DNA of 64,000 nt from the NCBI GenBank assembly GCA_047285305.1, contig JBJBDL010000003.1, positions 1,600,001-1,664,000 of the forward strand, written 5' to 3'. Positions within the stretch are counted from its first letter, which is position 1; each line of letters opens with the position of its first letter. A model generated the notes under the pieces. That model searched no databases. It was not told the origin of the DNA and saw nothing but the letters and a program-made list of their open reading frames with translations. The DNA is from Synechococcus sp. (lineage in GTDB: Bacteria > Cyanobacteriota > Cyanobacteriia > PCC-6307 > Cyanobiaceae). The position numbers and the translations under genes were made by a program. Shown piece after piece: positions 1 through 9,144 of this stretch.

Positions 1-412
1 ACCCGATCGGAAGCAATGGAGCAGCCGTGATCTGCGCGGCCGCTGGCTCGCGGTTTACTTCTACCCAAGAGATTTCACAGGCGGATGCACGATCGAAGCC
101 CGGGGCTTCGAAAGCCTTCACAACGACTTCCTTCAGGCCGGAGCAGAAGTGATCGGCATCAGCGCCGACAGCGTTGACGACCATGAATCCTTCTGTGAGA
201 GCGAAGGATTGAGCTTCCCCCTGCTGTCCGATCCCGACGGAACAGTGAGCAAGGCCTACGGGTCCTGGATGGCGCCTTACTCGCTACGCCACACCTTCCT
301 GATCGATCCAGACGGGGTCCTGCGTGAACGCTGGGTAGCGGTTCGACCCAACGGTCACGCCCGGGAGGTGCTGGATTCATTGGTATCTTTTCAGACCAAA
401 GCCTCCGTTTGA
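1..412 (+). CDS. bcp: Peroxiredoxin, BCP/PrxQ family (5' end outside window)
   Basis: The frame upstream of the listed ORF reads WLAVYFYPRDFTGGCTIEARGF, then GISADS...FPLLSDPDG...RHTFLIDPDG. Confidence 0.9.
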   Translation, partial: PDRKQWSSRDLRGRWLAVYFYPRDFTGGCTIEARGFESLHNDFLQAGAEVIGISADSVDDHESFCESEGLSFPLLSDPDGTVSKAYGSWMAPYSLRHTFLIDPDGVLRERWVAVRPNGHAREVLDSLVSFQTKASV

Positions 413-464
413 CAAAAAAGGGCTTTTGCTGAATGGTGGACCGAACTAAGCGTTGTTCGAATAA

Positions 465-1955
465 ATGGGTGCGGGTCAGAGTTCATTTGTAATCCTCTAT
501 CACCGCACACCGTTCGACGAATCAAAAGACAAGGATGGGAAAAGAATATGGGTCGATCAGAAAAGCCCTAACGGAATTATTCCAACCCTCCGCAACCTCT
601 TCCGTAGCTGCGAAAAAGGCACATGGATTGCCTGGAGGCGGGTCGATAATCAGTCGAATGAAGGTACAGAACGTTTTGAGATGGACAATCCTTCGCCCTT
701 CACTCTGTGCCGAATCCCGCTGGAAGATGAACAGATCTCCAGTTTTTATCACATCACATCCAAAGAATGCTTCTGGCCAATTCTTCATACATTTCCAACC
801 TATTTCAATGTAAACAACGCGAACTGGAAGATCTTTGAAGAAGTCAACAGACGCTTCGCCATGGCGGCATGCGCCGAAGCAGCCGAAGGTGCAACCGTGT
901 GGGTGCATGACTACAACCTTTGGTTGGCTCCCGGATACATCCGGGCCGAACGTCCAGACCTAAAGATTGCCTTTTTCCATCACACTCCTTTCCCGGGTAA
1001 TGATGTTTTCGCCATCCTTCCCTGGCGTGAGCAAATTCTGGAGAGTTTGCTCTGTTGTGATGTCGTCGGTTTCCACATTCCCCGCTACACGGAAAACTTT
1101 GCCCGTGCCGCCACAACCCTGGTGGGTGCCAAACGCGGGCCCAAAGTCCCTGTGGACAAGAAATTCATAGAGGTCGGAACCGCCCTTTCGGAAGGCACGG
1201 TCACCAGTCACCTCGAGCACAACGGTCGCACCATTCAGCTGCTCAGCTCTCCGGTAGGCACCTCGCCGGATCTGATTCAGGAATTGTGCTGGAGCCCGTC
1301 GGTTGAAAACCATGGCGAATTGATCGTTCAAGACACCAAAAAAGGCCGAAAACTGATCCTCTCCGCAAGTCGGGTGGATTACACCAAGGGCAACGAAGAG
1401 TTGCTGCTGGCTTTTGAACGGCTGTTGGAACGTCGCAAGGATCTGCACGGCCAGGTTGTGCTGATGCTGGCCTGTGTGGCCGCTGCCAGTGGGATGAAGA
1501 TCTACGAAGACACCCAACGCTCAATCGAGGAAATGGCCGGGCGGATCAACGGCCGCTTTAGCCAGATCGATTGGGTCCCCATCCGCTTTTCCACCCGCCG
1601 GATCCCCTACGACGAAATGATCGCGTGGTTCTGCCATGCCGATGTCTGCTGGATCACTCCGCTGAGAGATGGCCTGAATCTGGTGGCCAAGGAATACGCC
1701 GCTGCTCGACGCAACCGTGGCGGCGTTCTTGTGCTCTCGGAATTCACCGGAGCCTCGGTTGTGCTGGATGGCGCTGTGCTCACCAATCCCTATTCCAATC
1801 GCCGCATGGATGAGGCCATCGAATCGGCACTGGAAATGGATGAAGACGAGCAGCGCGACCGCATGAGCCGCATGACCGATGCTGTGGAGAGCTACACGGT
1901 TAGTGACTGGGCCGAGGAACAGATGTCTGGCCTGTCGCCCTCCACCCCGCAATGA
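465..1955 (+). CDS. ggpS: Glucosylglycerol-phosphate synthase (GT20, OtsA-like)
   Basis: WVHDYNLWL, FFHHTPFP, SRVDYTKG and TPLRDGLNLVAKEY motifs; N-terminal SSFVILYHRTPF is typical of GgpS. Confidence 0.9.
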   Translation: MGAGQSSFVILYHRTPFDESKDKDGKRIWVDQKSPNGIIPTLRNLFRSCEKGTWIAWRRVDNQSNEGTERFEMDNPSPFTLCRIPLEDEQISSFYHITSKECFWPILHTFPTYFNVNNANWKIFEEVNRRFAMAACAEAAEGATVWVHDYNLWLAPGYIRAERPDLKIAFFHHTPFPGNDVFAILPWREQILESLLCCDVVGFHIPRYTENFARAATTLVGAKRGPKVPVDKKFIEVGTALSEGTVTSHLEHNGRTIQLLSSPVGTSPDLIQELCWSPSVENHGELIVQDTKKGRKLILSASRVDYTKGNEELLLAFERLLERRKDLHGQVVLMLACVAAASGMKIYEDTQRSIEEMAGRINGRFSQIDWVPIRFSTRRIPYDEMIAWFCHADVCWITPLRDGLNLVAKEYAAARRNRGGVLVLSEFTGASVVLDGAVLTNPYSNRRMDEAIESALEMDEDEQRDRMSRMTDAVESYTVSDWAEEQMSGLSPSTPQ

Positions 1956-3217
1956 AACTGCGCCGCTGGCTCGCAGGCCGCGCCTTGGTGCTGGTGATGG
2001 CCCTGGGTGTTCTGGTTGGATCAGCCTCCTTGGGCGCTGAGGAAGTCAGCATCCTCATGCCCTCGTCCTTCACTGATGCGAGTGTCGATCTGGTGAAAGC
2101 CTTCAACCGCGAGCATCGCGGCCGGATTCATCTCAGCTTGATCCGAGGTCCGTTGAACACGGAATCGATCTCAGACCTGGCGATCAGCAGTCTTCTTCTC
2201 GGCGATGCGCCCTTCGACGCACTGTTGATGGATGTCACCTGGCTGCCGAAATATGCCGCCGCCGGCTGGCTGGAACCCCTGGATTCCTGGTTTGATCAGG
2301 GCGACCAGGAGCAGCTGGTGCAAGGGGCACGGCTGGGCAATGACTACGACGGCCATCTCTACCGCTGGCCCCTTGTAGCCGATGTGGGACTGCTCTACTG
2401 GCGCACGGATCTGATGGATCAGCCACCAGCAACGCCCGATGCGCTGGTGGAGGTTGCTGGACGCCTCGTCAAAAGCGAAGCCGTTGCCAACGGTTTTGTT
2501 TGGCAGGGGCGACAGTACGAAGGCCTGAGCTGCGACTTCCTTGAAGTGCTGCAGGGCTTCGGCGGTGACTGGATGGACACCACCACCAACACCATGGAAC
2601 TCGATACGCCTGCGGCGACGGCCGCGGCAGCCTGGTTGGACGATCTAATCAGCGAAGGCGTCAGCCCCTACGCCGTGACCAATTACGCCGAGGCGGAGTC
2701 GCTTCAGGCCTTCAAGGCCGGTGATGCCGCTCTGATGCGCAACTGGCCCTACGCCTGGGCTGAACTGCAGAAGGACGAAAGCGCGGTGAAAGGCAACGTC
2801 GGCATCAGCTTGATGGTGGCGCAACCGGGTGAACGTCCCGGAGCCACCCTCGGCAGCTGGGGGCTGAGCCTGATGGGCCAATCGCAGCACAAGGAAGCAG
2901 CGGTGGAAGCGATTCGCTACCTCACCAACGAAGACGCCCAGCGGCAGCGCTTTCTCAACAACGGCTACACCCCCATCCAGGCGGATCTTTTCAACGACCC
3001 GGAGATGCTGAAGGCGTCTCCCGTGCTGCCGGATCTGCTGGTGGCCTTGAACCATGCGGTGGTTCGTCCGCCTACACCGCTGTATGCCCAGCTGAGCGAT
3101 GTGGTCCAGCGGGAACTCAACGGCTTGTTTACCGCTGCCGGGTCCGCTGATGAGGCCATGGCCACCAGTCAGCAGCGGAGCCAGACTCTGCTGCGTGCTG
3201 CGGGAGCCACGCCATGA
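1952..3217 (+). CDS. Sugar/osmolyte ABC transporter substrate-binding protein
   Basis: Signal peptide, MDVTWLPKYA, QYEGLSCDFLE and MRNWPYAW; overlaps the ggpS stop. Confidence 0.9.
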   Translation: MKLRRWLAGRALVLVMALGVLVGSASLGAEEVSILMPSSFTDASVDLVKAFNREHRGRIHLSLIRGPLNTESISDLAISSLLLGDAPFDALLMDVTWLPKYAAAGWLEPLDSWFDQGDQEQLVQGARLGNDYDGHLYRWPLVADVGLLYWRTDLMDQPPATPDALVEVAGRLVKSEAVANGFVWQGRQYEGLSCDFLEVLQGFGGDWMDTTTNTMELDTPAATAAAAWLDDLISEGVSPYAVTNYAEAESLQAFKAGDAALMRNWPYAWAELQKDESAVKGNVGISLMVAQPGERPGATLGSWGLSLMGQSQHKEAAVEAIRYLTNEDAQRQRFLNNGYTPIQADLFNDPEMLKASPVLPDLLVALNHAVVRPPTPLYAQLSDVVQRELNGLFTAAGSADEAMATSQQRSQTLLRAAGATP

Positions 3218-4080
3218 CGATGCTCCTGGCAGCTCCTGCGCTGCTCTTGATCACGGTGGTGTTCGGCTGGCCGATGCTTCGCTACGCCTGGCTGAGCTTT
3301 CACGCTGATTCCGTTCTCACCGGCCTTGAACCGGTGGCCAACGGCGGAGCCAACTGGTGGCGACTGGCGGCTGATCAGCGCTTCTGGCTGGATGCCGGAC
3401 AAACCGCGCGATTCGCCCTGATCTCCGTGGGTTTGGAGTTGCTATTGGCCCTGACCATTGCGCTGCTGCTGCATCAACGCTGGCGCGGCAGGGGAGCCGT
3501 TCGCGCCCTGACCCTGCTGCCCTGGGCCCTGCCTACAACGATGATGGCCCTGGGCTGGCGCTGGATCTTCAACACCCCCTACGGCCCGATCGAGGTTCTG
3601 GCACGAAGCCTTGGCCTCAACTCCCTGGATCTGCTGTCCACCCCATCGATTACTTGGCTTGTCACCGTGTTTGCAGATGTCTGGAAAACAACCCCCTTCA
3701 TCACTTTGATTCTTCTGGCAGGACTCCAGAGCATTCCGGACGACCTCTACAGCGCCTTTCGCCTGGAAGGGGGAACGCCCCTTCAGGCGCTTCGCAGAGT
3801 CACCCTGCCACTGCTGCTCCCATACATCCTGCTGAGCCTTCTGTTCCGCCTGGCCCAGGCCTTCGGGGTGTTTGATCTGGTGCAGGTGCTCACCGGTGGT
3901 GGTCCAGCCGGAAGCACCGAAAGCATCGCCCTCTATGCCTACCTCAACGGCATGCGCTTCCTCGATTTCGGCTACAGCGCCACGGTGATGCTCGCGGGAT
4001 TCCTGCTGCTCACCGCGCTGATCCTTGCGGGCACGTTGCTGCTGAAGAGCTTCGGTCTGTTGAGGCCCCTCGACCGATGA
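3214..4080 (+). CDS. Sugar ABC transporter permease (MalF-like)
   Basis: Hydrophobic; DVWKTTPFITLILLAGLQSIP EAA-loop region. Confidence 0.9.
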   Translation: MTMLLAAPALLLITVVFGWPMLRYAWLSFHADSVLTGLEPVANGGANWWRLAADQRFWLDAGQTARFALISVGLELLLALTIALLLHQRWRGRGAVRALTLLPWALPTTMMALGWRWIFNTPYGPIEVLARSLGLNSLDLLSTPSITWLVTVFADVWKTTPFITLILLAGLQSIPDDLYSAFRLEGGTPLQALRRVTLPLLLPYILLSLLFRLAQAFGVFDLVQVLTGGGPAGSTESIALYAYLNGMRFLDFGYSATVMLAGFLLLTALILAGTLLLKSFGLLRPLDR

Positions 4081-4922
4081 GCCATGAATCGATGACGCAT
4101 GGACCGATGACACGGCGTTCGCTTTGGATTGGCCTGCTGCTGGCCTGGTCCCTCGGTCCGATGCTGTGGCAGCTGCTGAGTTCCTTCACCACCGCAAATG
4201 CTCTGGTCAATGACCAACTGAGCTTCTGGAGCCGTTGGACGCTCAACAACTACCGGGATCTGCTCAGCACCGATCCGCCCTTCTGGCGTTACCTGTTCAA
4301 CAGCAGCTTGGTGGCTTCCCTCAGCACACTGCTCACGTTGATGCTGGCCATCCCCGCCGCCTACGGACTGGCGAAACTGCCTCAGCGGTTGAAAGGAATC
4401 CTCCGCACTGCCGTGGTGGGCGCCGCTCTGTTCCCTTATGTGCTGCTGTTTCTGGCGCTGCTCGAACTAGCCCGCACTTTTGCCCTGGGGAACAATCTGA
4501 TCGCCATCGCCATTCCCTACAGCGCTCTGTCGATGCCTCTGGCCCTGCTGCTGCTCACGGCGGCGTTTGAAGCCCTGCCCAACGATCTCGAAGACGCAGC
4601 AAAGCTGGAGGGGCTGTCGTTGTGGCATCGGCTGCGCTGGGTGCTGCTCCCCTTGATTGCCCCGGCCTCCGCCAGCACGGCAATCCTGGTGTTTCTGTTC
4701 GCTTGGAACGAATATCCCGTGGCGCTCACCTGGCTGAGCCGCAGCGATCTGCTCACACTGCCAGTAGCGATGGCCCGAATTGCGGGATCATCCACCTATT
4801 CCGTCCCCTACGGCACCTACGCGGCAGCCACCGTGCTCGGTGCCATTCCTCTTCTGGTGCTGGTGTTGGTGTTTCAGCGCCAGATCGTCAGTGGGCTCAC
4901 CAACGGAGCCATCAAGGGATGA
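4077..4922 (+). CDS. Sugar ABC transporter permease (MalG-like)
   Basis: LEDAAKLEG EAA motif, FLFAWNEY and GLTNGAIKG C-terminus. Confidence 0.9.
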   Translation: MSHESMTHGPMTRRSLWIGLLLAWSLGPMLWQLLSSFTTANALVNDQLSFWSRWTLNNYRDLLSTDPPFWRYLFNSSLVASLSTLLTLMLAIPAAYGLAKLPQRLKGILRTAVVGAALFPYVLLFLALLELARTFALGNNLIAIAIPYSALSMPLALLLLTAAFEALPNDLEDAAKLEGLSLWHRLRWVLLPLIAPASASTAILVFLFAWNEYPVALTWLSRSDLLTLPVAMARIAGSSTYSVPYGTYAAATVLGAIPLLVLVLVFQRQIVSGLTNGAIKG

Positions 4923-5896
4923 CACTGCAACTTCGGGCCATCAACAAGCGCTTCGGCGAGCAACAGGTTCTCCACCAGCTCGACCTCGATGTGGCCAACG
5001 GCGAATGCGTCGCTCTGCTTGGGGCCAGCGGCTGTGGCAAAAGCACGGCCTTGCGTCTGATCGCCGGGCTCGATCACCCCGATCAAGGTTCGATTCGCAT
5101 AAATGGTGCGGAGATGGTCGACGTTCCCGCTGAACGACGCCGGGTGGGGATGGTGTTTCAAAGCTATGCCCTGTTTCCGCATCTAAATGTGTGGGACAAC
5201 CTCGAACTGGGGCTGCGCATGCGGGGCGGCAGCGCCGCCGCCCGCGATGAACGGATCCGCGGCGTCCTGGAGGTGTTGCAGCTCAGCGGGCAAGCCCGGC
5301 AACGGCCCTCACAACTTTCTGGCGGCCAGCGCCAGCGTGTCGCCCTGGCCCGAGCCCTGTTGCGGGATCCCCTCGTGTACCTGCTCGATGAGCCGATGAG
5401 CAATCTGGATGCCCAGTTGCGTGAGGACCTGCGGCCTCAACTGCGCCGCCTGATGATCGGCGGTGAACAGCCTGTGGTCTACGTCACCCATGACCAGCAG
5501 GAGGCGATGGCGCTGGCTGATCGCATCGCCGTGATGCGCGAGGGAAGGATTGAGCAGATCGGAACACCCCGCGAGCTGTACCTGCAACCGGCCAGCACCT
5601 ACGTCGCCCAGTTCATCGGCCGCCCGCAGATGAATCTGCTGCCAGCCAAAGATGGAGTGATCACTGGCATCCGACCCGACGATCTGCGGCTCGATCCCAC
5701 AGGCTCACCCTGCACGATCCTCAGCCGTGAATGGTTCGGAGCCAACCAGATGCTGCTGGTGCGCTGCGATCGCGGCGACCTTCGGCTGGTCTGCTCCGGA
5801 GAGAAAGCGATCGAGACTGAACCACGCATCACTTGGCCCAGCGCTTGTGAGCATCGCTTCGATGCCATCAGCGGCTGTCGGCTGCCATCCGATTGA
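4919..5896 (+). CDS. Sugar ABC transporter ATP-binding protein (MalK-like)
   Basis: GASGCGKST Walker A, LSGGQRQRVA signature and LLDEP; ATG at 4919 overlaps the previous stop. Confidence 0.92.
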   Translation: MTLQLRAINKRFGEQQVLHQLDLDVANGECVALLGASGCGKSTALRLIAGLDHPDQGSIRINGAEMVDVPAERRRVGMVFQSYALFPHLNVWDNLELGLRMRGGSAAARDERIRGVLEVLQLSGQARQRPSQLSGGQRQRVALARALLRDPLVYLLDEPMSNLDAQLREDLRPQLRRLMIGGEQPVVYVTHDQQEAMALADRIAVMREGRIEQIGTPRELYLQPASTYVAQFIGRPQMNLLPAKDGVITGIRPDDLRLDPTGSPCTILSREWFGANQMLLVRCDRGDLRLVCSGEKAIETEPRITWPSACEHRFDAISGCRLPSD

Positions 5897-6962
5897 GAAG
5901 CTCGCTGTGCACTGACGCCTGGCGTCGCAGGGCTTCGGTCTGATCAGGATCGGCTGGACGGTCCACTTCGGCCCCCCAAAGCTTCAACAGGTCATCCACA
6001 GAGGGAAGTGACTTCAAGGGGATGCAGGGCACAGTGGCCATGGCCGCTGCAGCCTCCACCTTCGGGTCGTAGCTGAGGGCAGCCATGGGGCTGTTGGCCA
6101 GTCGGGCCAGGATCAGGGCATGCAAGCGCATCGGCAGCACCAAGCGCGACCGCTGGACCAGATCAGACACAGCCTCCAGGGACTGGGGCACCAGGGTTGA
6201 GCTGCGCGCTTTCAATCGCGCCGGCAGCAGACCTTGATCACCCAGATGCTGCAAGAGGGGGGCGTCCTGATGGTGATGGAAAGCCAGCCAGATCACCGGC
6301 GCATCCAAGTCGGCACTGAGCCGATCCAAAGCCTCCGTCAAGCAACGCCAGCCCGCATGATCCAGCAAAGGTGTCGGACGCCAGCTGAGCACGATTGCTT
6401 CGCCACCAAGCCAAGGGCGCGCCGGCATCTGCCAGACAGGATCGGCAGCCAGCACCATCGGCAGCTTGGGAGCCCAACGCTGGGCCCGATCAAAGGAGCG
6501 CTGATCCCTCCAACTCGCTGAATTGCAGAGGGGCAAAACCGTACGAACCAACAGGCGACTGATCCGACGCTGCAAGGGTCCAAGGCCCTGCCCCCAGAGA
6601 ACCACCTCGGCACCACCTAAACGAGCAACCGTCATCACCAGTAGGTAATAGATGAGGCTGCTGAAGCTGGTGCTGTCCTGCAGCAGGCTCCCCCCACCAA
6701 GCACCAGAACATCAGCTCTCAGGGCCGCACGAAGACAGAGCATCAAGGAACGTCGGTTCACCGTCTGCGCCGCCGGAGCCAAAGCCAGAACGGGGGCTGG
6801 ATCGCGGGCTGTGATCAACAGCTGCTGCGGCTGGGGAAGTGACGACACCAGCACCTGAAGCAGGGCATCGTCGCCGAGGTTGTGCTCCCCGTAGTAGCCG
6901 CAAAGCAGCAGTACAGGCGCAGTGGGGAGGACCACGGACAGCAGCCTGTTCACTTCGGGCAT
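5868..6962 (-). CDS. csaB: Polysaccharide pyruvyl transferase CsaB
   Basis: CGYYGEHNLGDDALL, GGGSLLQDSTS, MRLHALI and LSYDPKV; start is approximate. Confidence 0.88.
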   Translation of the reverse strand: MPEVNRLLSVVLPTAPVLLLCGYYGEHNLGDDALLQVLVSSLPQPQQLLITARDPAPVLALAPAAQTVNRRSLMLCLRAALRADVLVLGGGSLLQDSTSFSSLIYYLLVMTVARLGGAEVVLWGQGLGPLQRRISRLLVRTVLPLCNSASWRDQRSFDRAQRWAPKLPMVLAADPVWQMPARPWLGGEAIVLSWRPTPLLDHAGWRCLTEALDRLSADLDAPVIWLAFHHHQDAPLLQHLGDQGLLPARLKARSSTLVPQSLEAVSDLVQRSRLVLPMRLHALILARLANSPMAALSYDPKVEAAAAMATVPCIPLKSLPSVDDLLKLWGAEVDRPADPDQTEALRRQASVHSELLNRMAADSR

Positions 6963-6989
6963 TATCAACAGATTCTTAGGATTCAGGGC

Positions 6990-7283
6990 ATGCACGCGTT
7001 GTCGCTCGGAACCTGGTGGATCCACGTCGCCTCCGTGGTGGAGTGGTGCGTGGCGATCGTGTTGATATATCGGCGAGGGCTGCAAGGCATGGCCTGGGCC
7101 ATGCTTCCGGCCCTCGTCAGTGCAATGGCCGCCTGCACCTGGCATCTGTTTGACAACAGCGAAGCGCTGCGGGGGCTGGTCACCCTGCAGGCCCTGTTCA
7201 CCGTGATCGGCAACAGCACCTTGGCCTTGGCGGCCTGGCAGCTCCAACGACGCCGGGAGGTGGACGGAGCCGGTGCTTCATGA
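6990..7283 (+). CDS. Ycf49-like membrane protein (DUF2499)
   Basis: MHALSLGTWWIHVASVVEW...AMAACTWHLFDN. Confidence 0.85.
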   Translation: MHALSLGTWWIHVASVVEWCVAIVLIYRRGLQGMAWAMLPALVSAMAACTWHLFDNSEALRGLVTLQALFTVIGNSTLALAAWQLQRRREVDGAGAS

Positions 7284-7567
7284 GCTTTGACCCAGCACCG
7301 CTGTTCGCGGCCTCGCTAATCCCCTACCTGCTGTTTCTCTACTGGCTCCGCAAAAGTGAAGCGCTTCCGCTGATGGCGGAACGGGGCTTTCAGCTCACCC
7401 TGCTGTTTGTGGCCGTCACGATTGGAGCCGCCATTGCCGCCCTGCACTGCTGCTCAGCGGAACTGGTGGAGATTGACTGGTTACACGGTGGAGCAGAAGC
7501 CTTTCTCACCCTCAGCAACACGGTTTTGGTGATCGGACTGTTGTTACCAACCCCCAAAAAAGGGTGA
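7280..7567 (+). CDS. DUF3593 membrane protein
   Basis: LFAASLIPYLLFLYWL...DWLHGGAEAFLTLSN; the usual partner of DUF2499. Confidence 0.82.
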   Translation: MSFDPAPLFAASLIPYLLFLYWLRKSEALPLMAERGFQLTLLFVAVTIGAAIAALHCCSAELVEIDWLHGGAEAFLTLSNTVLVIGLLLPTPKKG

Positions 7568-7635
7568 ACAACTCTTAAGAGAGGCAGTCAAGGAGTCGCC
7601 ATCGCCGGAAGATGAGGTGTCGCTCATTGGCTCGA

Positions 7636-7893
7636 ATGCTGACCCACCTTTTCGCGATCGCTCCCGCCACCGTGTCCTGGTCTCCCAAGGTCGCCCTTGT
7701 GATGATCCTCTGCAATGTGGTTGCCATCATGGTCGGCAAGGCCACGATCAAGCACCCCAATATTGGCGCTGCACTCCCCAACGCTTCCTTCTTCGGCGGC
7801 ATGGGTCACGCAGCCCTGCTTGGCACCACCAGCCTGGGCCACATCATCGGCATCGGTGCCATTCAGGGCCTGGCCGCCCGCGGCGTGCTCTGA
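7636..7893 (+). CDS. psaK: Photosystem I subunit PsaK
   Basis: WSPKVALVMILCNVVAI...LLGTTSLGHIIGIGAIQGL. Confidence 0.93.
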   Translation: MLTHLFAIAPATVSWSPKVALVMILCNVVAIMVGKATIKHPNIGAALPNASFFGGMGHAALLGTTSLGHIIGIGAIQGLAARGVL

Positions 7894-7906
7894 AGCACAT
7901 GTCTTG

Positions 7907-7929
7907 AGGGAGGAGCCAGTCTCCTCCCT
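7907..7929. terminator. Hairpin between convergent psaK and the oxidoreductase gene
   Basis: AGGGAGGAG-ccagt-CTCCTCCCT, a perfect 9-bp stem. Confidence 0.65.
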
Positions 7930-7943
7930 GAAACAATCCTGGC

Positions 7944-9131
7944 TCAGAGCAGATATGGCAGCAGGCGCAGGCCGTAACGCTCGAAGTTGTAGTTGAACAA
8001 CAGCTCTGAGAGAGCAGGTGCTTCTGCAGTCGCAGAAAGCCCATGGATCAGTCTTTCAAGACGTCGGTCCGCCCTTGGATTGTCGAGGCCCCACCAGGTG
8101 CGCCGCGCCAACCGGCCTGACACCAACCAGCGCCAACTCTGCTGTGCCTTGAGCTGCTCTTGGTAGCGAAGGGCCATGGCCGAGGAGTCCCCAGGCATCC
8201 CATCATCGATCAACAAATCGGCCAGTTGATCCGCGCTGTCCATCGCATGGCGGATTCCCTCTCCCCCAAGCAGATTGGCAGAACTGGCAGCATCCCCCAC
8301 CGCCAGCAGCGCACCAGCCACCAATTGTTCGGAGCGGGCGATGCTGCTGGACACGGGCCCGCCATGGCGATCCAGCACCGGGCAGGAGCTCAAGCCACAG
8401 CGTTGAATCAAACCCTGAAGGGGTCCAGCCAGGCTGCCGGGAGCAGGACGACCCGCCGGTGGGAGGTGACAGACGCCCACCTTCAGCCGTTGTCCCTGCA
8501 TGGGGAAGATCCAGCCGTAGCCATGGGGGATCCAGGCGGTACCCAGGAAGAAACTGATCCGATCCCGCCAGGCAGCCGCGTGACGGTCATCGGCCTGTAT
8601 CAACCACTCAACTCCGATGCCCTGCAGCAGAGGATCCTTGGGATTGGGGCTGAGGCCGGCCTGCTGCAGCAGATCTCGGCGTGCACCGGTGGCATCAATC
8701 AGCCAGCGCGCTGATCGCAATGACGACCTCCCATCGCTTGTTTGCAGCCGCACGCTGGCTTGATCGGCCGTGAGCGTGGTGAGAGCTGCTTGGCAGCCCT
8801 GTATCAACTCCACCCCATGGCGGCGCGCTTCCTCCCAGAGCCAGGAGCGAAGCCGACCGAAGTCGAGCACGACCCCCAGATCGCCGGACGACCACCACTG
8901 ATGAACCAGACCCGAGGGATCATGCAGCTGCCAGCCCTGCCAGGTGGCGGCAATGGCGTCATTCGGAAGGCCCAAGCGACGAACAGCCTCGAGAGGAAGG
9001 GCACCACTGGAATAGGCATGGCGATGTGGATCAGCCAGCCGATCCACCAGGGTGACCTCAGCACCCGCCCGCGCCAATTGAATCGCCAGACGGGCACCAG
9101 ACGGACCCGCGCCAACGATCAGAACCGACAC
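7944..9131 (-). CDS. FAD-dependent oxidoreductase, geranylgeranyl reductase-like
   Basis: VLIVGAGPSG, IDATG, GYGWIFP and VGDAASSANLLGGEGIRHA; start is uncertain. Confidence 0.8.
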   Translation of the reverse strand: MSVLIVGAGPSGARLAIQLARAGAEVTLVDRLADPHRHAYSSGALPLEAVRRLGLPNDAIAATWQGWQLHDPSGLVHQWWSSGDLGVVLDFGRLRSWLWEEARRHGVELIQGCQAALTTLTADQASVRLQTSDGRSSLRSARWLIDATGARRDLLQQAGLSPNPKDPLLQGIGVEWLIQADDRHAAAWRDRISFFLGTAWIPHGYGWIFPMQGQRLKVGVCHLPPAGRPAPGSLAGPLQGLIQRCGLSSCPVLDRHGGPVSSSIARSEQLVAGALLAVGDAASSANLLGGEGIRHAMDSADQLADLLIDDGMPGDSSAMALRYQEQLKAQQSWRWLVSGRLARRTWWGLDNPRADRRLERLIHGLSATAEAPALSELLFNYNFERYGLRLLPYLL

Positions 9132-9144
9132 CGATGCCTCTGGG

